Assembly: GCF_026210795.1 (NCBI RefSeq)
Contig: NC_089431.1
Location: forward strand, 3,906,001 to 3,970,000
DNA from: Rhizophagus irregularis
Lineage: Eukaryota
DNA length: 64,000 nucleotides
Direction: 5' to 3'
The notes beneath the pieces were generated by a model. That model worked only from the letters and a program-made list of their open reading frames with translations, ran no database searches and was not told the DNA's origin. This document shows positions 51,748 through 64,000 of the stretch, in pieces (position 1 is the stretch's first letter; every line of letters starts with the position of its first letter). The translations under genes and the position numbers were made by a program.

Positions 51748-51842
51748 AAGAATTCCATCAAAGAATAAAAGAATTCCGTCAAAAAATAAAGGAGTTCTAT
51801 CAAAGAATAAAAGAATTCCATCAAAGAATAAATAAATTCTAT
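51748..51842. repeat. ~4 copies of a 21-bp unit (AAGAATTCCATCAAAGAATAA)
   Basis: Directly visible; encodes a heptad (EFFYSLM-like) in ORF 51585-51893. Confidence 0.7.
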
Positions 51843-53599
51843 AGGTACGGAACTATGCAATATATAAATAGGTAACAAGAGATTGGCACTCATTTACTAT
51901 TAGCTCTATGTATCTCTTCAGGGCCAGAATTACATAATGCCGCCTGCCATTAACAAAGAAAGGAAGGATCTACACTTTATTTGGGTTACCTTTCTATGTA
52001 TTGCTCGGCATCAACCGACAGAAAATTCACGTGGGGACGTATCCAATAATATGGAGCAGTTGTATTAACTTAGCGTGAAAATAATAAAATTTTTTTTTTT
52101 TACTTTCTTTAATCATTTTATTCATTAATTAATATATAAATTATATGACCTATAAAGCCTTTGTAAAAAGCCTTTGTTGTCCGAGAATGTAGGGGAACAA
52201 TAAAAAAAATAATGATTACTACGCAGAGATTTTCCGTTGTGCAAATATCAAACATAATGAATTATAAATTTAATGCACACAATTTCTAAAAAAAAAAATT
52301 ATTTCGTTCAATAAGATTAGATTCCTAATTTTTATGGTAAGCTTTTACGAATTTTAAGTCAACTTTCGTAAATTTACATTTAATTTAAGAATTATAATTA
52401 GAACGTAACTAATTTTTTTATTAAGTCATTGATAAAGGAATATAATATTTTAGATTTAAATCTTTGATTTTGCCAGAGAACTATGGGAATGACAAACCAA
52501 TTGCGAAAATTATTAATGATAAAGAGTGAAATATTCAATTAAAATTGAACAAAATAGAAAAGCAAAGTCTTAATAGATATCTTAAAATAAACCATTTACC
52601 GGATTAAAAAAAAACAATGTTACAGTAATAAAGTAATATAGCACCTAATTACCTATATTTATATTTAGAGTCTATTAATTAGGCTTTCATTAAAAATTTA
52701 AAATTTTCTTTTCAATAAAGCATAAATAACTTTCTACAGTAACGAATTTATCTAGTTTAATGAGTACTAATTATTAATATTTAATGGTTAGAGCATTATT
52801 ATTTTATTTAACTTTACAATCATTACTGTATTTGCGAATAAATAAAGCACTCGATTAAAGTATTATGAGATAAAATTGATGACATAAAATTAATAATACT
52901 ACTTTGGACAAAATATAAAATATTCAAAAAAAAGTTTTATTCTTGAACTTATTGATTTTGATTTTTTTTTTACAAAAAAAAATCATTATTTTCCTACTAT
53001 TCTTCTACATTTTAATAAAATTATTTGCAATTTATTATATTATATTATTTGTAACTACACTATTAAGAAATATACAATTGGATGATAATGATTCGTCTAA
53101 ATTATTTATTTAAAATTAAAGCCTTTATTTCGATAAATAGGGATTAAAACACAAAATGAAACAATTTGAAAGTGAGTAATAATCTACTTGAGAGAAATGT
53201 TTGTCACTTGTAGAGCTGATATACGGTATGTTAAGAAATTATTGTTGAATTTTCCAACAAAATAAAAAAAAAATGCTAAACTAAAATTTTTATTAAATTA
53301 AACGCTATATCTGTTAAGACGCAAAGCTACCGACAGTTTGTAAATCGTTGAACTTTTACAAACCAGTTTAAATAAAATTTTTCCGCATTTTAAAAAATTT
53401 ATTTTATTAAATGTGGAAATAAAAAATCAAATTTTATTCTCTTAATGGCAATACTCACCTTATAGTATTATTTTCTTACAACTAAATATCAAAGACTTCG
53501 CCTTTGCCTCTTTAACAATTCTTGCATATGACTATATCAGTTTGCGTCTTATTCCGTATATCTATTGTAAAATAGTAAATTTGAAGGCTTAATATTTTA

Positions 53600-54215
53600 C
53601 TAAAATAAAGATGAATAATATCAAAAGAAAATAGTAGTTTTAGTAGTTTGCGACACAGATTAAATATTTGACAAATCAATAAATAAATTCTCGGGTAGAA
53701 TTTCTCTATAAGGAAATACTATTTGGATTTTAGTCAAGTCCCCATTTAAGAACGTATTTCCAAACTTCATTTAAGGTTACTATTTTTTAACAAACGAGAT
53801 CAATATTTTTTCCGGAATCGAAAAAAAATTGAATTTCTTATCTGGCTTCTTGGATATAAGATAATTACAATAATTTTGAAACTCTAATAAAGAATCATTT
53901 TCAAAATCAAAAAGGATTGTTAAATAATTCTTGAAGGTCGCACAACTAAAGTTTTGATGATATCTGTAACATCATCTCTTTCAAAGAAAGCCATAAAATT
54001 AAATAAATAAAATTTTGCTAAACAAATAATTGTTTTTTTTTTCTTACCTTAATATTATTTTGATAAAATATTGCGTAATTTAATATTTATTAAAGTTCTA
54101 TCTCTTTCATTTTTGATAAAAGTTTTTCGTAACGATAATTTAATAAATTTTTATGGGCACGAAATATTTTTATGTAAAGGTCACTACCGATTTCAATTGT
54201 AATATTATATCCATT
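53600..54215 (-). pseudogene. Deleted and decayed BTB-BACK(-TLDc) pseudogene, paralog of copy 8
   Basis: Remnants ITIEIGSD..KIFRAHK, intron, ENDSLL, VLKWGLD, VFPYREILPE. Upstream DNA 54260-54824 plus 56310-56560 aligns with 33640-34450. Confidence 0.75.
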
Positions 54216-54824
54216 ATAATATCTTTTTTTTTTTAAGAAAAGAAAAAAATAGGAGTATGATTCTAATTTGTTAGTCGATTTTGTTATTTATTTGTGAGAC
54301 ATGATGTAATGGCACATGCAACTGCGAAGCAATCTCGAACGAATCATTTGACCGATCATCTATGCCAAACTAACTTTTATGGTTTAAAGTACCTTTTCTA
54401 TAAAAATTTAATTGATATTTTTTTCATAAGAACTTTCTTGCAATTAACCCTTTTTCCGCATAACTGTAGTTAAGCGCGCATCTTTGGTGCTTATACCGAG
54501 ATGTGATTATAGAGGTACGATGCTTAAATTGAACTATACAATTCGCTCTTTACACAAAAGTACCTTTGTTAACTAAGTACATGTTCCGTTGTATGACTTG
54601 TATCATTTTACGTCCTATACTTCAAATCCATTATCGTATAGTAAAAAGAAATATTACATTAACATTGTGATAATGATTAAAAATTTCATTATAAATTAAT
54701 CGTGTAGTATAATAAAATATTCTGCTATTTTCTTTCATGAGGTTCTTTAACATACTCTATAAAAGAAAAGTTAAAATTAAATTATTATTACACGTCAAAT
54801 TGAAATAAAATGCGTGAACGCGGA

Positions 54825-56306
54825 CCCTATAAGAAATATGTATACGGAAAGGATACGTTTTGTATACATTTTTTGTACGTTTCTATAGATTCCATATACA
54901 AATTCCGTATATTTAATAAGCAATTCATTTTTGAACATTTTTTAAAAAAACTAATGTATAAGAAATGTATACGGAAAAAATTAATCATGCGGAATGTATA
55001 CGGAATTTTTAAACTTAATATTTTTAGACAAAAATCCCGTATCATAACACGAGATCACATGATTGTTTATTGTTTTGTTATGATACGTTTTTTGTTTTTA
55101 TATAAACCCTTACTTGATGAGTTTGATCTTCCGATCTTCCTTTCTGTCTTTCTCTTTCTCTTGTCTTATTTTTGTTATTTTTTCTAAATTTTTCTTCTTT
55201 CTTCGTCACCCCCTTTTAAAAATAATTTTTTTTTTCGTCACTCTCCTTTGAAAAAAATTTTTTTTTCGTCACTCCCTTAAAAAAAAAATTTTTTCTTTTA
55301 TTCCCACTCTTCTTTTTTTTAAAAAAAAATTTCTTCTTTCTATTTCTATTTCCTCTATAAAAAATTTTTTATTTTTCTAACTTTGACGTCCTCCCTTTAA
55401 AAAAAAATTTTTTTTAACTTTCCTAACTTTCGTTACCCCTCTTTTTAAAAAAATATTTTTTTTGGTTTATTCTTTATTCCCCTTTCTTTTTTATTTAATT
55501 TCATAGGCCAGCAGATTTTTTTTTGTAAGAATATTCAGTTTCTTTTTTCTTTTTTGTAGATCGGTTTGGGAGTCCTTTTCTTTTTTGTAGGATGATTCAG
55601 GATTTTTCTCTTTTTTTAGGTCAGTTCTAATTTTCTTGCTTTTTTGTAAGTTAGGTTCAGATTCTTTTCTTTTTGTAGGTTGTTTCAGTTTTGTTGCTTC
55701 GGAGTCTTCTTTTTTTGTAGGTCAGTTTTGGATTTATTTTGTTGTTTTGGTTTCTTTTTCATTAGACGCCTCATAATTCTTTTCTTTTATGTAGGTCAGA
55801 CATTCTGGAGTTCTTTTCTTTTTTTGTAGGAATGCTGACCTTTGGTGACTTGAACGGTTGCAGATACTATATGAGGGGGGGTTTTGTTTCCAATCTTTTT
55901 TTTGTTCCTTTAGGTTGTTTGACTCCAAATGAACCTGAACTTATAGATAATTTTGGTTGCAATAGGTGGTTTTAATAAGGAGGGAATTTTCATAATGTAT
56001 CTGTACTTTGTTTATTTTTTATTTTTTATTTAATTTAATAAAGTAAAATTAGATTTATGTAAATACAATTATAGTAAACTGTAATACAAATAGTAAATTC
56101 AGTGACCAAATCGTATAAATTTCGTGATAAAATCAGTGATCAAATCATGTAAATTCCATATAAATCCCGTGCAAATTCCGTATCCAAACCATATTTTTAG
56201 TGATACGGAATTGTGCATTTTCCGTATCCTATTATGATACGTTATTTCTAAGGAAAAAAAATCGTATAAAAACTTTATAAAAAACGTATCCAATTTTTTT
56301 ATAGGG
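54825..56306 (+). mobile_element. Non-autonomous DNA transposon with CCCTATAA termini and 3-bp TSD (CMC/EnSpm-like), 1482 bp
   Basis: Ends CCCTATAAGAAA / TTTTTTATAGGG; TSD GGA at 54822-54824 and 56307-56309; subterminal (G)TATACGGAA / TTCCGTAT repeats; empty paralogous site GAACGCAAAAATAAATT at ~34205. Confidence 0.85.
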
Positions 56307-57104
56307 GGAAATAAATTAATAAAATATTAAAAGCAATATACGGTACACTTCATATATGTTACAATTTTTAGAAATTATATTGTATCTCGACCTATTGTAT
56401 AGCTCAATAACTCATCATATATGTTATCATTGTGATATAAAAATACGAAACAGTAACAAATCAATACTTGCTAATTTGATAATAAATATTCTGTCATTCT
56501 AAATGTATATGGATATCGTTCAATTAATAATTTGAAAGTAATAAATAAAAAGTGGTAGTTATATAAAATTTATTTCAGTTTTAAAAATTTCATATTCTTT
56601 CGCAAAATATTGTTCTCTCATTATATATATTCATCATCAATGACAATATTTATTTTTTTTTCATTTTGACGTCATGAAAATTATTCTCAATTACATGTGC
56701 GAGTGTATTGCAAGTTCATATTAATTGCAGTAACAAATATCCGTAATAGCAACCTTTTTCATGTTGGGAGATCATTGAAAAAATATCATTATATCAAATT
56801 ATACATTTACTGACCTATCTACTACATTTTATATTATGGTAAAATTATGGCACTACCCTGTATATAAATTATATTATAGCAAGGCTAATTAAATATCAAA
56901 TGTGCGGGTATTCTAAAAAGGAAAACGAATGTATCAGACAAAATCACAAAAGTAATACATAACACACGATATTAAACGCAGGAAATTAACTATGTACTGT
57001 ATATTAACTGTATATATGTTTTGTTCTAAATGAATTGTTTAAAAAAGGAATGGAAAACGAGGAAGATAACGAAAATGAAAAAAAACTTGAATTATAATAT
57101 TGGA

Positions 57105-57230
57105 ATTACTAAAGTACACTAGTGGTGATCTAGTATTATGATGTACTTTTGGCCAGAATTAAAAATCTTGGCCGGCATTACATCATAAATTCACCACTGG
57201 TGACCGTCACAACTAGTGATATTTAGTAAT
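57105..57230. repeat. ~126 bp imperfect palindrome (MITE-like)
   Basis: ATTACTAAA/TTTAGTAAT, CACTAGTGGTGA/TCACAACTAGTG and TATGATGTA/TACATCATA nested inverted pairs. Confidence 0.55.
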
Positions 57231-57481
57231 ACCCTAAATTTATTATACGTATCAATTGAATTTCTGTTTTTAAATTGAAGATTTATTAAAATAGTAATAA
57301 TTTTAACAAACTTCAAGAATAAGATGATAATTTAATTATCTGTTATTATTTATAAATTCCATCACTTTATATAGTTTCCCACTGGTCAAATTTTTAATCG
57401 AATCATCTCGTCCACATCCAGGAAAACCTTTATATATAAATTTTAGAATTAAGTTTAGTAATAACAATTGTAAACTCCTTG

Positions 57482-59110
57482 TCATTTACTTTTATCGTCT
57501 TCCTCTGATGTCTTTTTGTCGTGTTCATCTGACGTCTTTCTGTCGTCTTATTCTGATGTCTTTCTGTCGTCTTCTTCTGATGTTTTTTTGTCGTCTTCTT
57601 TTGATGTCTTTTTGTCATCTTTTTCTGATGTCTTTCTGTCGTCCTTTTTTGATGTTTTTATGTTGTCTTCTTCTAACCAACTAATATTGACGACATAAAG
57701 TTTAAGGAATTCCTTTAAACCAATAAGTTCTTCTTTAAGATCTAAATTGTCATATTCAGGATTTGCTGAAAATAATAATGTAGGTTTCGGCTTCAACTTT
57801 TCATTAAGAGTTTTCTTTGTTGTGCTATTAAAAACACGTTTATGCATAAATCCCCATGGTTTAATAGAGCTAACGCCTAAAAACAATTAATGTGTTATAT
57901 GATGAGTAAATGTCTTCTGCAATAATGTATTAGTATATAATTACCAAATAGAAGGGCGTAAAATGTGAATAGTGCTCCAAAAATAGACAAAACATTAGAA
58001 ATAACGGACAATGCCTAAATAATAAAATAGTAAATATTACTGTATTAATAAAAGTGATTTGCTTGGTCAGATAATTACATATGTTGTTTTTTAATTAATA
58101 AATTTACTTACATTCTTATTCCGTTGCTCAGTTTGTTCTTCAAGTAAGAAGCTATTCGGGTCGAGCATGAAACCTGCCGCAGCATCCGCGTACCATGAGT
58201 CGTTTCTCGTGGTTAAATCTAAGAAAACATATTAATTATCAACGACACATCTTATCAATAATAGACTTTTTTTACTTAATTTATTTAAACTTACAAACAA
58301 ATGCTGTAATATATGTTAGCGTTTCGCGTTCTGGAGGAAATCCTTGATGGATTCTACAATCGTTCTGGTGATTTTCCTTGTCATTCGGACATGGTAAATC
58401 TGAAAAATATATATATAATTTTCATTATAATTAAATAACTTTATAAAAATCAATAGACCATTATCCATATTACTTACATAATTTCTCCCCAGAAAATATC
58501 TATTTGTCCGGTAGACTGACGCAGAAAGAGGCGATGAATCGGAATAATACTTGTTATTAACTAGTGCTTCGTACATATCTTGAGCTAATGTTTGATTTGT
58601 CGAGTCAAAAACGTTGATTGTGAACGCAGGAATGTCACCATCTATATAAACGTCGTTAGAGACGTTAAATTTAAAAAGTATTCTTTTTAGCCGATATGAC
58701 GTTTGGTTCTTGGGAAACGCCAAATTATTTATCGGCGAAAATTTTCCGGTCCATTGACCGTTTTCTTCATTAAATGTGGGTTGAGTTAAGTACTTCGAAC
58801 AGTTGCTACTATCTATTAAATGATTAATGAATAAAATGAATATACAGTAAAGGGTAGCATGTATATGATAATATATGATCTTACCATAATAATCAAACAG
58901 CTGGAAATGGCACATAACTGAAAAATTATTCTTAAGCTGAAACCCCACTAACGGGGCAGGAAATTCAGTCATTTCAGAGTATCCATCTGTAACGGTTGGC
59001 AAGTCATTATGTACACCAATTGAGAGAATGATTAAATCAGTCAGTAAGATAGTGCCGAATATTGCGATAATAATCGCTCTACAGAAGTTGAGTGGTGTTA
59101 TCTTGAACAT
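57482..59110 (-). pseudogene. Two-transmembrane membrane protein gene (6 exons), apparently disrupted
   Basis: Exons 59110-58885, 58812-58478, 58399-58295, 58218-58112, 58014-57945, 57876-57548/57482. TM1 AIIIAIFGTILLTDLIILSIGV, TM2 ALSVISNVLSIFGALFTFYALLFG, then IKPWG and FLKLYVV. Frameshift at ~58342 (SIK / GFPPERE) and a TAA at 57548 inside the C-terminal repeat. Confidence 0.7.
57490..57658 (-). repeat. Coding minisatellite, ~7 x 24 bp (KTSEEDDR-like)
   Basis: KTSKKDDR KTSEKDDK KTSKEDDK KTSEEDDR KTSE*DDR KTSDEHDK KTSEEDDK. Confidence 0.85.
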
Positions 59111-60054
59111 TTTTTTTTTTAATTTAATTGAGTATTTTTTTTGATATTATACAATAATTAAATTGATGCAATTCTTACATGGGATAGAACTCGTTTTATT
59201 TATTTCTATTTCATTGTCGTTTACTTATTTGTATGCTTCTTTATTGCTTTCAAAATATTCTGAATTCAAAATTCAAATAACCAATAGATTAAAAAATTGA
59301 GAAATCTGGGAAAGTTAAAAAATTCTATTGGATCGATAATTCGTGTACTGTACGACGGTCATCTAGTGTATCATTAACCCCTAACCTTATTTAGTACTAG
59401 CTGAAATACAAGAAACGGATGGAATCATATAACATCATGCCGTATTTTTTAGGTTGCACATTATACTAAGTTTAAATGAAATTCCAAAAGTGTTAACTTA
59501 ACAAAGGTAATACTTAATTTTTCTTTAAATAGATGAGAGAACTTCTCACATGTACAAGGCAAGAATTTGTAATTCCATCTGTACCATGTAGTGCAAGCTG
59601 GCGCTGGAGTTCACTGGAAGATTGGAAGCACTTTGGAACTTTCCATCTTCCAATTCCAACGCCTATTCCAGCTCCAATAGATTTTTATCGAAAAGTTTAG
59701 AAGCACCTTAATCACGTGAAATATTTTATCCAATAATATTTGATTATACGAAAAACAAAGATTTTATTATTGCGGTTTTCGAATTAGTGTGATCGGCAAA
59801 TTTTTTTAATAAATAACAAGTTAACATTAAACATGGCAGGGAGCTATAGTCATAGTATAATTAGAACTGTAATAATTCTGACTTTTTTTTTAATTAAGTT
59901 GGTTTATACTACCATACAGTATCATAATTATGATAAATAGTTTTTAAGATTTAAAGAGAATTTCTAAATTTTAACTGGTGGAAAAATTACTGGTAGATCA
60001 TGTGATTGTGTATTAAATATTCATGTGATTTATTATGATGATGCAATTTCATTT

Positions 60055-60083
60055 GGCTCGCTTCGCTCGCCGGGCTTTTCTAG
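60055..60083. mobile_element. Possible Helitron/Helentron terminal motif
   Basis: GC-rich GGCTCGCTTCGCTCGCC followed by TTTTCTAG, next to degenerate AT-rich direct repeats (60190-60750, 61833-62010). Other end not identified. Confidence 0.3.
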
Positions 60084-60753
60084 CCAAACCATAACTTTCA
60101 CTTTATTTGCAAAATTTTTGATTATATTTAACATATCTATAAAAAAAAAATGAGAAATTACTCTTAACTAGCTATTAACATAATTTTTTTTCTCATTTGG
60201 TAAGGATGATCATTTTCGGTTTATTTTGCTTGTTAATCATTTTTGGCTTAGTTATTTCACTTGTTAATCATTTTAAGGTTAATTATCTTGATTGTTGTTT
60301 ATTTTTTGGTTTAAAAATAAAAAAATATATATATCAGAATATGTGATTGACTTTAAATAACAATACAGAAAGATTGTTTATTACTTGATAAAGCATTTAT
60401 TTAATATTTACTATCATCATTTTTGGAATTACGGCTCTGGAAAAAAATTTTTCATGATTATATTGTAATAAAACAATTCTACTATCCGATTGCTGATCAT
60501 TTTTAGTTCTGGAAAATTATGATAACTGAATATCATAATAATAAGACAATGATAATGAAATTTTACCATTTAGTTGTTGTTTATTGTTTTGTTTCAAAAT
60601 AAAAATTACTTGATATAACATTTATTTAATTTTATCATCCAATTGTTGAGAAAAAAAAAATTTTATGATAACATTATAATAAAACAACAATTTTATTATC
60701 TGATTGTTAATCATTTTTAGAATTACTACCCTGAAAAAATTTTCATGATAGCA

Positions 60754-61832
60754 TAAAGTTGCCTGCCAAAACTCTACAGGCTATTGTCGAAATGTCGAAA
60801 CTAAAACCAGTAGAAATGCCGAAATGCCAAAATAGTTTCAACATGTCAAAATTGTCGAAACCTAAAAATATTACGTTTCACGTAATAACTCGGCATCCAA
60901 TGATCGTAGAAAGATGCACCATAGCTCGTTGTTATCGTCTCATAACGACGAGTCGAATGGTGGTTAGATCGTCTTTATACGATCACTGGATGCCGAGATA
61001 TTGAGCGAAACGTCAAAAATCAGCATTTTGTATTTTGCGATACTGCGCCATTTGACGTTTCACTTAATAACTCGGCATCCAATGATCGTAGAAAGATGCA
61101 CCATAGCTCGTTGGAATCGTCTCATAACGACGAGTCGAATGGTGGTTAAATCATCTTTCTACGATCATTGGACGCCGAGATAATAGACGAAACGTCAAAC
61201 GGCGCAGTAGCGCAAAATACAAAATGCCGATTTTTGACGTTTCGCTTAATAACTCGGCATCCAATGATCGTAGAAAGATGCACCATAGCTCGTTGGAATC
61301 GTCTCATAACGACGAGTCGAATGGTGGTTAGATCGTCTTTCTACGATCACTGGATGCCGAGATATTGAGCGAAACGTCAAAAATCGGCATTTTGTATTTT
61401 GCGCTACTGCGCCGTTTGACGTTTCGTCTATTATCTTGGCATCCAATGATCGTAGAAAGATGATTTAACCACCATTCGACTCGTCGTTATGAGACGATTC
61501 CAACGAGCTATGGTGCATCTTTCTACGATCATTGGATGCCGAGTTATTAAGTGAAACGTCAAATGGCGCAGTATCGCAAAATACAAAATGCCGATTTTTG
61601 ACATTTCGCTTAATATCTCGGCATCCAGTGATCGTAGAAAGACGATTTAACCACCATTCGACTCGTCGTTATGAGACGATTCCAACGAGCTATGGTGCAT
61701 CTTTCTACGATCATTGGACGCCGAGTTATTACGTGAAATGTAATATTTTTAGGTTTCGACAATTTTGACATGTCAAAATAGTTTTGACAATTTTGACATG
61801 CCGAAACTCCCTAATTTCGGCAGGCAACTTTA
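60754..61832. mobile_element. Foldback-type element: 14-bp terminal TIR plus five 182-bp modules arranged as a large near-palindrome
   Basis: TAAAGTTGCCTGCC ... GGCAGGCAACTTTA; ~60840-61235 is the reverse complement of ~61380-61775; inserted in a host direct-repeat region. TSD unresolved (TA possible). Confidence 0.85.
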
Positions 61833-62633
61833 ATTATAACGATAATGTAATGACGACGATAATGAAAATTTACCATTTGATTATTGTTTATTTTTTTGTT
61901 CAAAATAAAAAAAAAATGTATCTATATTTAAATAAGTAATAATACAAACAAATTGTTTATTTACATAATATTAAAATTTGTCATCCGGTTGTTGATCATT
62001 TTTGGCTAACAAAAAAATTATTCAGTTTTCACATGATTTGCTAAAAATTTTATCCCATAATTATTAAGCAAGAAAGATCATTCTATATAAGTGCAATATC
62101 ACCCTATGGGTGGGCGGGTGGCGCGTCACGTTATTGTTATGACTTGAAATGATTGACATGTCATGATAGGTTAACGTTAACTTAACGTTAACATAAGATT
62201 AGTTTTTGAGTGATTTCCATTTTAAGATGCTGATCCCCCATCTTTGGTATTGATTTGCTGATTATATAAATACATTTCAAATCAAGCTTTTCTATTTTAG
62301 TACGATCGGCAACCAACAAATCTTTTAGTGTTTTAAATATCAGCTGCGGAATTATTACAAAAAGTGATCATGTGGACATATAAACTATAAGATCTACACA
62401 ATGCTAAGTATCATTGTTCAAAATATTTTTTGCCGTTTTTTTCGTATTTTCGCTAGCAATATATAACTTGGTAGTTTCGATTCCTATGATTTCTATAATC
62501 GATTTCTATAATCGATTTCAATTTCATTTCATGTAATTCTTATTATTACATTAGTGGTTACCATATTAAAAAGTGACCAGAACAAAAATAATTGACCATT
62601 AATTATTTGGAATAACTTTTTGAATATAATTTG

Positions 62634-64000
62634 TATGGGGGTTTCGGTTATATTCGGTTATTTTCGGTTTTTTGTTATAATTGATTAACAAATCATCTGA
62701 TCACGCTAATTCGAAAACCCATTTAAAGATGAACTCTGAGCTCCCATCTTGCTCTTTTATCTATTGCTGGATGTGTATATTCACTTAAAAGATCACCTTC
62801 CAAATTACTATTTGAATTTTCTCTCGATGCCTCTTCCTCCTCCATTCGTGCTACTACTTCTTCTATTAAAGTCTCATCCCATTCATTCAATTCTTACTCA
62901 CAATACTCCGAATTAACAATATTAGTATTATCTTCAATATTTTCAATATCTTCAGGAATTTCAGAATATTCACTTCAGGATCTTCAACTTCAATTCCTTT
63001 TCTCTTAATGAAAAATTAATAAATGCACGAAGTTGACTCATTCCCAACACTTTATTATTCTATTAAAAACCATTTAATAAATAAATTCAATAAAAATCTC
63101 ATTTATTAAGTTGATTATTAATCCCATTTATTAAAAAGATAAAAAAATTACTTCCAGTCGTTAAAGATAAAAAAATTCCCGATCATTAAATCCTGATCAT
63201 TGCGATTGATACCATTCATTAATTTAACAATAAAAATTTCATTCCTTGATTTCAATCGTTAAAAATAAAAAATTCCATTTGTTCGTCAAATTCCGTTTAT
63301 TAAGTAAGAATAAAGGTTAAAAATAATAAAAATAAAAAATTTGTTAGTTAAAATAATAAAAATACGGTTAAAAAATAATTAAAAATAAAATATTAACTTA
63401 CCATTAATCGATTATGACGAACTGTATGTAAAAAACCCATAGATGACCACATTCTCTCAACTGAAGCTGCATTCACACATATTCCAAAAATTTTTAAAGC
63501 AACTGCATCCAGTTCGCTATAAGTACCTTCTATAAAAGATCAAAATTTAAAGACTTCATCTCCGAATTGTTCAAAAGTTTCATCATTAAATGGTTCAACT
63601 TTTCTACAAAAATCTTCGAACTCCAACAACAATCGCTTTGGTCTTAATAATACGTTTAATACCATCCCAAAGAAGTATATGAAAAATTATTAAGATCAGA
63701 ATTAAAATATTCTAGACATTTTGGATGAAGCATAAAAGAGAGTGTAATAACAGTTGCACCCATTGATCCCATCTCTTTTCTAGTCGATCGATCTCAGACA
63801 AAGTTTATCGGTGTTTGATGAACCAACTTGTGGACGTCATGACAAATTGCTAAATTCTATGAAAATAAAAAAATTAATTATATTAAGTAATTATATAAAA
63901 ATAAAAAGAGTATACTTACTAGTAAAGCTTGTTTAGATCAACTTAATAATAAAATAACTATTGTTTGCATTTTTAAAGTAAGCCGCAACTATAATATCAT
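62634..64000 (-). mobile_element. Decayed hAT transposon: transposase C-terminal (dimerization) region and subterminal repeats; continues beyond the window
   Basis: Minus strand reads RPKRLLLEFEDF..EPFNDETFEQF..ELDAVALKIFGICVNAASVERMWSSMGFLHT..NRL (hAT C-terminal signature), LEKRW, acidic tail with HPAID; stops and frameshifts; TTCGGTT subterminal repeats at 62642-62670. Confidence 0.8.

Noticed and set aside
54810..56293. ORFs within the CCCTA element (also 41914-42232 and 46022-46357)
   Set aside because: No transposase motifs; they derive from subterminal and low-complexity repeats.
59595..59680. Loose GC-richer hairpin (GCTGGAG/TTGGAAG ... CTTCCAA/TCCAGC)
   Set aside because: Pairing too imperfect to call an ncRNA or MITE.
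60759..61768. Repeated ORFs (RHPMIVERCTIARW) and CRISPR or integron-like look
   Set aside because: The 182-bp period breaks frame, linkers are near-identical rather than unique, and no cas or integrase gene is present.

Overview
Very AT-rich, intron-containing eukaryotic DNA. The gene families (BTB-BACK-TLDc, tyrosine-kinase-like kinases, Sel1-repeat kinase, Crinkler) indicate an arbuscular mycorrhizal fungus (Glomeromycotina, Rhizophagus-like); this is inferred from gene content. The window is dominated by a minus-strand array of 11 BTB/POZ-BACK-TLDc loci: 7 intact two-exon genes, 1 frameshifted copy and 3 decayed pseudogenes. The BTB/BACK scaffold is conserved, the TLDc loops are hypervariable and some copies are mosaic. 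In the right half the BTB-TLDc loci alternate with three co-oriented TKL kinases: one with 15 N-terminal Sel1-like repeats, two with tails of symmetric phase-1 micro-exons. Also present: a kinase pseudogene with an internal inversion, a Crinkler-kinase pseudogene, a RING-family pseudogene, a disrupted two-TM membrane protein gene with ENaC/DEG-like topology, and several mobile elements (a hAT MITE with 8-bp TSD, a Helitron-like insertion, a CCCTA-ended element with 3-bp TSD plus a partial second copy, a hAT transposase relic). A ~1.1 kb foldback element carries five 13-7-13 inverted-repeat cores at exactly 182-bp spacing. All splice models and coordinates were read by eye; no database searches were run.
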